Shown here: in pieces, positions 59,447 through 64,000 of the stretch
How the letters are laid out: every line of letters begins with the position of its first letter
Numbering within the stretch: the stretch's first letter is position 1
Assembly (NCBI GenBank): GCA_965661505.1
Contig: CBFIDX010000001.1
Span: 41,384 to 105,383 of the forward strand
DNA: 64,000 bases
Direction of reading: 5' to 3'
From: Flavobacteriales bacterium
Lineage (GTDB): Bacteria > Bacteroidota > Bacteroidia > Flavobacteriales > UBA7312
Program-made: the position numbers and the translations under genes
Notes under the pieces: generated by a model
The model's database searches: none
Seen by the model: the letters and a program-made list of their open reading frames with translations, nothing else
What the model was told of the DNA's origin: nothing

Positions 59447-60769
59447 TTGATAAAATATTTCTTGATATCAATATTTATGTTTCCTTCTTTATTGTTGGCT
59501 CAAACCTGTGCTTCAGTGGCAAATCCTGCTATTACTTATGCATCAGAGCTTATTACCCAAGTTAGCATAGGAACTGATTTAACTCCTTATTCAATTTCCT
59601 GTACTGGCTATACTGACAATACAAATCTATCTTTAAGTGGTTATCAGAGTGGAAGTACTATACCCTTTGTTATATACACAAATAAATGTGCTGGATTTAC
59701 AACCGCACAAAATTTAAAGGGCTGTAAAATTTTTATGGATTGGAATGATGATGGTGATTTTTTTGATGCTGACGAGACAGTATATATTTCCTATTCAGCT
59801 TTTTCTTGGACTTCTACCTTCACTGCCTACGTTACGGTTCCGCAGTATGTACAGTGTGCAAATATTAGAACTAGAATTGTTTATGCTAGATTAATCAATC
59901 CTTTTTTTATTCCTCAATCAATTAACCCTTGTGGCATGTACAGTTATGGAGAAACAGAGGATTATATTATTCCCATTGAATCTTGTTTTCAAGTAGAAGC
60001 TGGAGACGATGCCTTTATTTGTGAGGAGGATACTGTTACTTTAAACCCTCAAATTGTTCAAGGTGCCTCTTATTCATGGAGTCCAATAAATAATATTTCT
60101 AACCCAAATACATCCTCTCCTGAAGTTTACCCAAACAGTACCACAACATACCTTTTAACGGTTGATTCTGCCGGTTTTCTTGCATCAGATTCAGTGACTG
60201 TATATGTTTATCCTAATCCAGTAATTTCAGCCAGTGCAAATCAAGATGTTTGCAATGGAGGAACACCTACTGATATTTTTGTTAACTCTATACCCGGAGC
60301 AAGCTATAGCTGGACTCCAAATACCAATTTATCAACACCTACTAATTTTCAAACTGCCTTTAGTTCCGGTCTCACTGATACTACTTTATTTTATGTAGAT
60401 GTTAGTTTAGCAGGCTGTAACTCAATCGATAGTGTACAGATAAATGTAAACCCATTGCCAGAATGTTCATTAACTGTCACACCAAATCCCGCATGTGTTG
60501 GCGATGACTTGTCTGTGCTTGCATTGACTTCAATTCCTGTTTTAAGGTACCGATTTCAGTACGATATAGGAAATGGATGGCAAAACTATGTGACCACTAA
60601 CACATGGGGTTGGGGAACACAAAATCCAATTACCTATGGTAACATTGTTACCAATATGTTGTTTCGGCTAAGGGTCAGAGAGGATTTTGGTTGCAATACT
60701 GGTCCTTGGAGCCCAACTTTAAGTGTACCCATTATTAACATTATAACACCACCCATCATTCATTACTAG
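59447..60769 (+). CDS. Secreted protein: N-terminal GEVED domain + Ig-like repeats, no recognisable T9SS CTD
   Basis: 440 aa, TTG start, signal peptide ending LLLAQT. DWNDDGDF ... YGETEDY matches the GEVED-domain signature. Followed by Cys-containing Ig-like modules of adhesin type. Confidence 0.65.
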   Translation: MIKYFLISIFMFPSLLLAQTCASVANPAITYASELITQVSIGTDLTPYSISCTGYTDNTNLSLSGYQSGSTIPFVIYTNKCAGFTTAQNLKGCKIFMDWNDDGDFFDADETVYISYSAFSWTSTFTAYVTVPQYVQCANIRTRIVYARLINPFFIPQSINPCGMYSYGETEDYIIPIESCFQVEAGDDAFICEEDTVTLNPQIVQGASYSWSPINNISNPNTSSPEVYPNSTTTYLLTVDSAGFLASDSVTVYVYPNPVISASANQDVCNGGTPTDIFVNSIPGASYSWTPNTNLSTPTNFQTAFSSGLTDTTLFYVDVSLAGCNSIDSVQINVNPLPECSLTVTPNPACVGDDLSVLALTSIPVLRYRFQYDIGNGWQNYVTTNTWGWGTQNPITYGNIVTNMLFRLRVREDFGCNTGPWSPTLSVPIINIITPPIIHY

Positions 60770-60793
60770 AAATAAAATTAAAACTTTATAAAA

Positions 60794-62713
60794 ATGAAAA
60801 CGATTTTTAAATTATTAGCCTCCATAAGTATATTATTGATTGGAGAATCGCTTTTTGCCCAAACAACTATTAATCCGGATACAGTTTGTTTTGGTACAAC
60901 AGCAGAAACGTATTGGGTTACCAATAATGCGAATTCCAGCTATCAATGGAGTGTTGACCCTGCTTCTGGTGGAGTCATTGTTTCGGGCCAAGGAACAAAT
61001 TCAATTGTAATCGATTGGTCTGCAACTCCCTTAGGACTTTATACGGATGCAATTACATTAGTGGAAACAGACAATACGACTACCTGTTCTGGGCAAGTAA
61101 CCATAGATGTAGAGGTAATCCCAATTCCTGCAAACCTACAAGCAGTTAGCGTTACTGCCTGTGAAGGGGGTGTTATTCCAGATTTATTTACACAAGGGGG
61201 TATTCCATCAAGTCAATTCGAATGGTATTCAGACCCTGCCTTAACAAACTTCTTAGGAACAGGATCCACTTACGCAACAGGACAAACCGCAGTAGGTGTT
61301 TATTCTTACTATGTCGTAGAGGTGGTAAATGGTTGTAGTGGTTTACCTGTTCAAGCTACACTTACCATAACATCCTTACCTACCGCAGATGCGGGAGTTG
61401 ATGATGCAATTTGCGAAGGAGATACCTATACTCTAAATGGTACTGCAACTAATAATAACGGTCTCAGTTGGACAAGCTCTGGAGATGGTAGTTTTTCAAA
61501 TGCATCGATCTCAAACCCGGTTTATACTCCGGGTGCAGGGGATATCGCTGCTGGAACAGTAAACTTGACCCTTACTGTTTTTGGTAATAACCCTTGTACT
61601 GATGTCAATGACCTTATGGTTTTATCCATAACGCCCTTACCCACAGCAGATGCAGGAGTTGATGATGCTATTTGTGAGGGGGATACTTATACCTTAAACG
61701 GTACTGCAACCAATAATAACGGTATTAGCTGGACAAGTTCTGGAGATGGTAGTTTTTCAAATGCATCGATCTCAAACCCAGTATATACTCCTGGCATATC
61801 TGATATAGCCACAGGATCAGTAGATTTAACCTTCACAGTTAACGGAAACGGCTCTTGTACTAATGCTGTTGACCAGATGGTTTTATCCATAACACCCTTG
61901 CCAACTTCAGATGCGGGGACTGATGATGCCATCTGCTCAGGAGATACTTATGCCTTAAACGGTTCCGCAACCAACAATAACGGAGTTCTTTGGACATCTT
62001 CTGGTGATGGAACTTTTTCTAATGCATCTATTTCAAACCCCGTTTATACTCCTGGGGCAGCTGATATAACTGCAGGTTCTGTAAACTTAACATTTAGTGC
62101 TATCGGAAACGGTGTTTGTGCTGATGCAACTGACCTTATGATTTTATCCATCACTCCATTGCCAACAGCTGATGCAGGAACTGATGATGCCATCTGCTCT
62201 GGAGACACCTATGCCTTAAACGGTATAGCAACTAATAATAGTGGTCTGAGCTGGACATCTTCTGGTGATGGAAGTTTTTCCAATGCATCGATTTCAAACC
62301 CCGTTTACACCCCAGGACCAACGGATATTGCTACAGGCTCTGTAAGTTTAACATTTACTGCTAGTGGTAATGGAAGTTGCCTTGACGCAACAGATATTAT
62401 GCTTTTGTCAATTACAGCAGCACCTACTGCAGACGCAGGAGTTGACGACGCTATTTGTGAAGGAAACGATTATACCCTTAACGGTACTGCAACCAACAAT
62501 AATGGCCTTCTTTGGACATCTTCTGGTGATGGAACTTTTTCTAATACATCTGTTTTAAACCCTGTTTACACGCCAGGGCCAGCAGATATAACGGCAGGTT
62601 CTGTAGATTTAACATTAACAGTTAATGGTAACAGCCCTTGTGCAAACATTAATGATATAGTGACGATTACCATTAGTGCGTCACCGACACCAGGACCTAT
62701 ACAGCATAATTAA
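60794..62713 (+). CDS. Secreted repeat protein (Ig-like modules; five tandem 87-aa repeats), no recognisable T9SS CTD
   Basis: 639 aa. Signal peptide ending SLFAQT. Repeat unit LPTADAGVDDAICEGDTYTLNGTATNNNG.SWTSSGDGSFSNASISNPVYTPG... Confidence 0.7.
   Translation: MKTIFKLLASISILLIGESLFAQTTINPDTVCFGTTAETYWVTNNANSSYQWSVDPASGGVIVSGQGTNSIVIDWSATPLGLYTDAITLVETDNTTTCSGQVTIDVEVIPIPANLQAVSVTACEGGVIPDLFTQGGIPSSQFEWYSDPALTNFLGTGSTYATGQTAVGVYSYYVVEVVNGCSGLPVQATLTITSLPTADAGVDDAICEGDTYTLNGTATNNNGLSWTSSGDGSFSNASISNPVYTPGAGDIAAGTVNLTLTVFGNNPCTDVNDLMVLSITPLPTADAGVDDAICEGDTYTLNGTATNNNGISWTSSGDGSFSNASISNPVYTPGISDIATGSVDLTFTVNGNGSCTNAVDQMVLSITPLPTSDAGTDDAICSGDTYALNGSATNNNGVLWTSSGDGTFSNASISNPVYTPGAADITAGSVNLTFSAIGNGVCADATDLMILSITPLPTADAGTDDAICSGDTYALNGIATNNSGLSWTSSGDGSFSNASISNPVYTPGPTDIATGSVSLTFTASGNGSCLDATDIMLLSITAAPTADAGVDDAICEGNDYTLNGTATNNNGLLWTSSGDGTFSNTSVLNPVYTPGPADITAGSVDLTLTVNGNSPCANINDIVTITISASPTPGPIQHN
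61376..62680 (+). repeat. Five tandem in-frame 261-bp coding repeats
   Basis: Copies start at 61376, 61637, 61898, 62159 and 62420. Copies 1 and 2 share an identical 41-nt stretch (tctggagatggtagtttttcaaatgcatcgatctcaaaccc), with many synonymous differences elsewhere. Confidence 0.9.
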
Positions 62714-62718
62714 AAAAA

Positions 62719-63786
62719 TTGAAAAGATCGAAGTTCATTTTATTACTTCTGTTGTGCTCATTTAGTGCTTTTGGGCAAAGCGTACATTTGTGTGAAGGGA
62801 ACACTCAACATAGATTTTCGGTTGTTCCATCAGATAGTGCTAATATCCTTAATTGGGACTTTATAAATGATACAACAGCTCTTTTTGTAGGTGATACTGA
62901 TAAATCATTTGTTTTTGTTGAGTTTCAAAAAGCTGGAGTATATCAATTACGATTTTCAGAAACCAATACCCAGGGATGTGTGGGTGAAGTAGAAATGGAC
63001 ATTGTTGTTCATCCTTCTCCCTTACCCTCCTTCTCATACGATGCTCTCTGTGTAGATATCCCTATTTATTTTGAAAATACCAGCACACACAACTCCACAA
63101 TAAGTGCTTTAGAATGGAATGTTAACGGAACCTTAGATACCAGCTTTCATCAGGAAATTATATTTAATAATCCAGGGTTGTACCCCCTAAGCCTTTACAT
63201 CAAGGATGAATGGGGATGTGAAGGTACTTATTTTGAAATTGTTCAGATCAATTCCAATCCCATTGCTTCTTTTTATTACGAGCCCTTGGAGCCTTCAACT
63301 CTAGATCCTTTTATTCAATTCAAAAATTTTTCAACTGCTAATGTGCAATCCTATTGGTCTTTTGGTGATGGAAACACTTCTACTGAATGGGAGCCATTTC
63401 ATGACTACGATGAGCCTTTATGGTTTGACGTTAATCTGGTAATTGAAGATTTGAATGGTTGTAAAGACTCCGTAACAAACTCATTATTTATCAAGAGCGA
63501 TCTTCTTTTTCATGTGCCAGATGTTTTTACTCCTAACGGAGACAGAAAAAATGATGTTTTTGGTCCTTCGGGATATGAAATGGATAGGTGGCAATCTTAT
63601 CAATTGAAAATATATACTCGATGGGGAGAGTTGATTTTTGAAACAAATGACGTTGACACTTTTTGGGAAGGTCAAACATTTTCAGGAAATGATGCTAAAA
63701 CGGACACTTACTTGTGGAGCATTCGAGTACAGTCAGAAACTGGCAAACAAACACATCACACAGGAACAGTTAGCTTGTTAAAATAG
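62719..63786 (+). CDS. PKD-domain protein with T9SS type B (gliding-motility-associated) C-terminal sorting domain
   Basis: 355 aa, TTG start, signal peptide ending SAFGQS. WSFGDGN PKD motif. C-terminus VPDVFTPNGDRKNDVF...IYTRWGELIFE...FWEG...TGTVSLLK matches the type B CTD consensus. Confidence 0.8.
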   Translation: MKRSKFILLLLLCSFSAFGQSVHLCEGNTQHRFSVVPSDSANILNWDFINDTTALFVGDTDKSFVFVEFQKAGVYQLRFSETNTQGCVGEVEMDIVVHPSPLPSFSYDALCVDIPIYFENTSTHNSTISALEWNVNGTLDTSFHQEIIFNNPGLYPLSLYIKDEWGCEGTYFEIVQINSNPIASFYYEPLEPSTLDPFIQFKNFSTANVQSYWSFGDGNTSTEWEPFHDYDEPLWFDVNLVIEDLNGCKDSVTNSLFIKSDLLFHVPDVFTPNGDRKNDVFGPSGYEMDRWQSYQLKIYTRWGELIFETNDVDTFWEGQTFSGNDAKTDTYLWSIRVQSETGKQTHHTGTVSLLK

Positions 63787-63788
63787 TT

Positions 63789-64000
63789 TTAGCGTAAATC
63801 AATCACATCAACACCTGGATGTGCTGATGGGTTAAAAGTAAACAGCTTTTGATCGAAAACTTGGTTTGCTTTAAAAAGACTGATTACGTAACTGTATTGT
63901 CCTCCGTTTTTATCGTGCATGATAAAGCTAGAAATTCGCATTTCTTGCTTGTTAATTTTTAATTCTATTTTTATGAAAGAACCGCTTTCTTCAGGAATTA
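63789..64000 (-). CDS. C-terminal fragment of a LolA-like outer-membrane lipoprotein carrier protein (start beyond window end)
   Basis: Minus-strand translation is ...IPEESGSFIKIELKINKQEMRISSFIMHDKNGGQYSYVISLFKANQVFDQKLFTFNPSAHPGVDVIDLR-stop. The ending FxFNP...PGVxVIDLR resembles Bacteroidota LolA (from memory). Confidence 0.5.
   Translation of the reverse strand, partial: IPEESGSFIKIELKINKQEMRISSFIMHDKNGGQYSYVISLFKANQVFDQKLFTFNPSAHPGVDVIDLR

Noticed and set aside
61376-62680. A regularly spaced repeat array that might look like a CRISPR
   Set aside because: The repeat unit is 261 bp with no unique spacers. It is in-frame, lies inside a 639-aa ORF, and encodes a conserved 87-aa protein module. 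No cas genes are present.

Overview
Low-GC chromosomal segment that looks like Bacteroidota, probably Flavobacteriia. Support for that: T9SS type A and type B C-terminal sorting domains, TAnnTTTG -7 promoter boxes, the nusB/DUF1573/yajC/coaE and rpmB/rpmG/DUF4295/ftsY/rimO neighbourhoods, and bacillithiol genes bshB1 and bshC. The window is densely coding and mostly core housekeeping: parAB, cofactor, translation, cell-envelope and polysaccharide export genes (wza/wzc), cytochrome c biogenesis, peptide uptake, and guaA, hisS and rimO. Several large secreted T9SS cargo proteins are interspersed. Three features are missing from the ORF track: a small SRP RNA (10720..10816, minus), tRNA-His (34099..34175) and a 51-codon DUF4295 gene (52448..52603). 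Promoter, terminator or RNA evidence argues against the N-terminal extensions of six ORF-track calls. I see no transposase, integrase, CRISPR array, toxin-antitoxin pair, restriction or other defence-type gene set, and I cannot honestly support a claim of a novel multi-gene system here. The most unusual observations are: (1) an in-frame TAG at codon 12 of the essential ftsY gene; (2) three consecutive secreted Ig-like/PKD genes, of which only the last has a T9SS type B sorting domain, with five tandem 261-bp coding repeats in the middle gene; (3) a two-gene insertion with its own terminators splitting rpmB from rpmG-DUF4295; (4) a translationally overlapping ccsBA-gpx-bshB1 string; (5) a diverged tandem pair of T9SS cargo paralogues beside a Cu-type P-type ATPase that overlaps a glycosyltransferase gene. 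All functional calls come from motif recognition by eye and need database confirmation.
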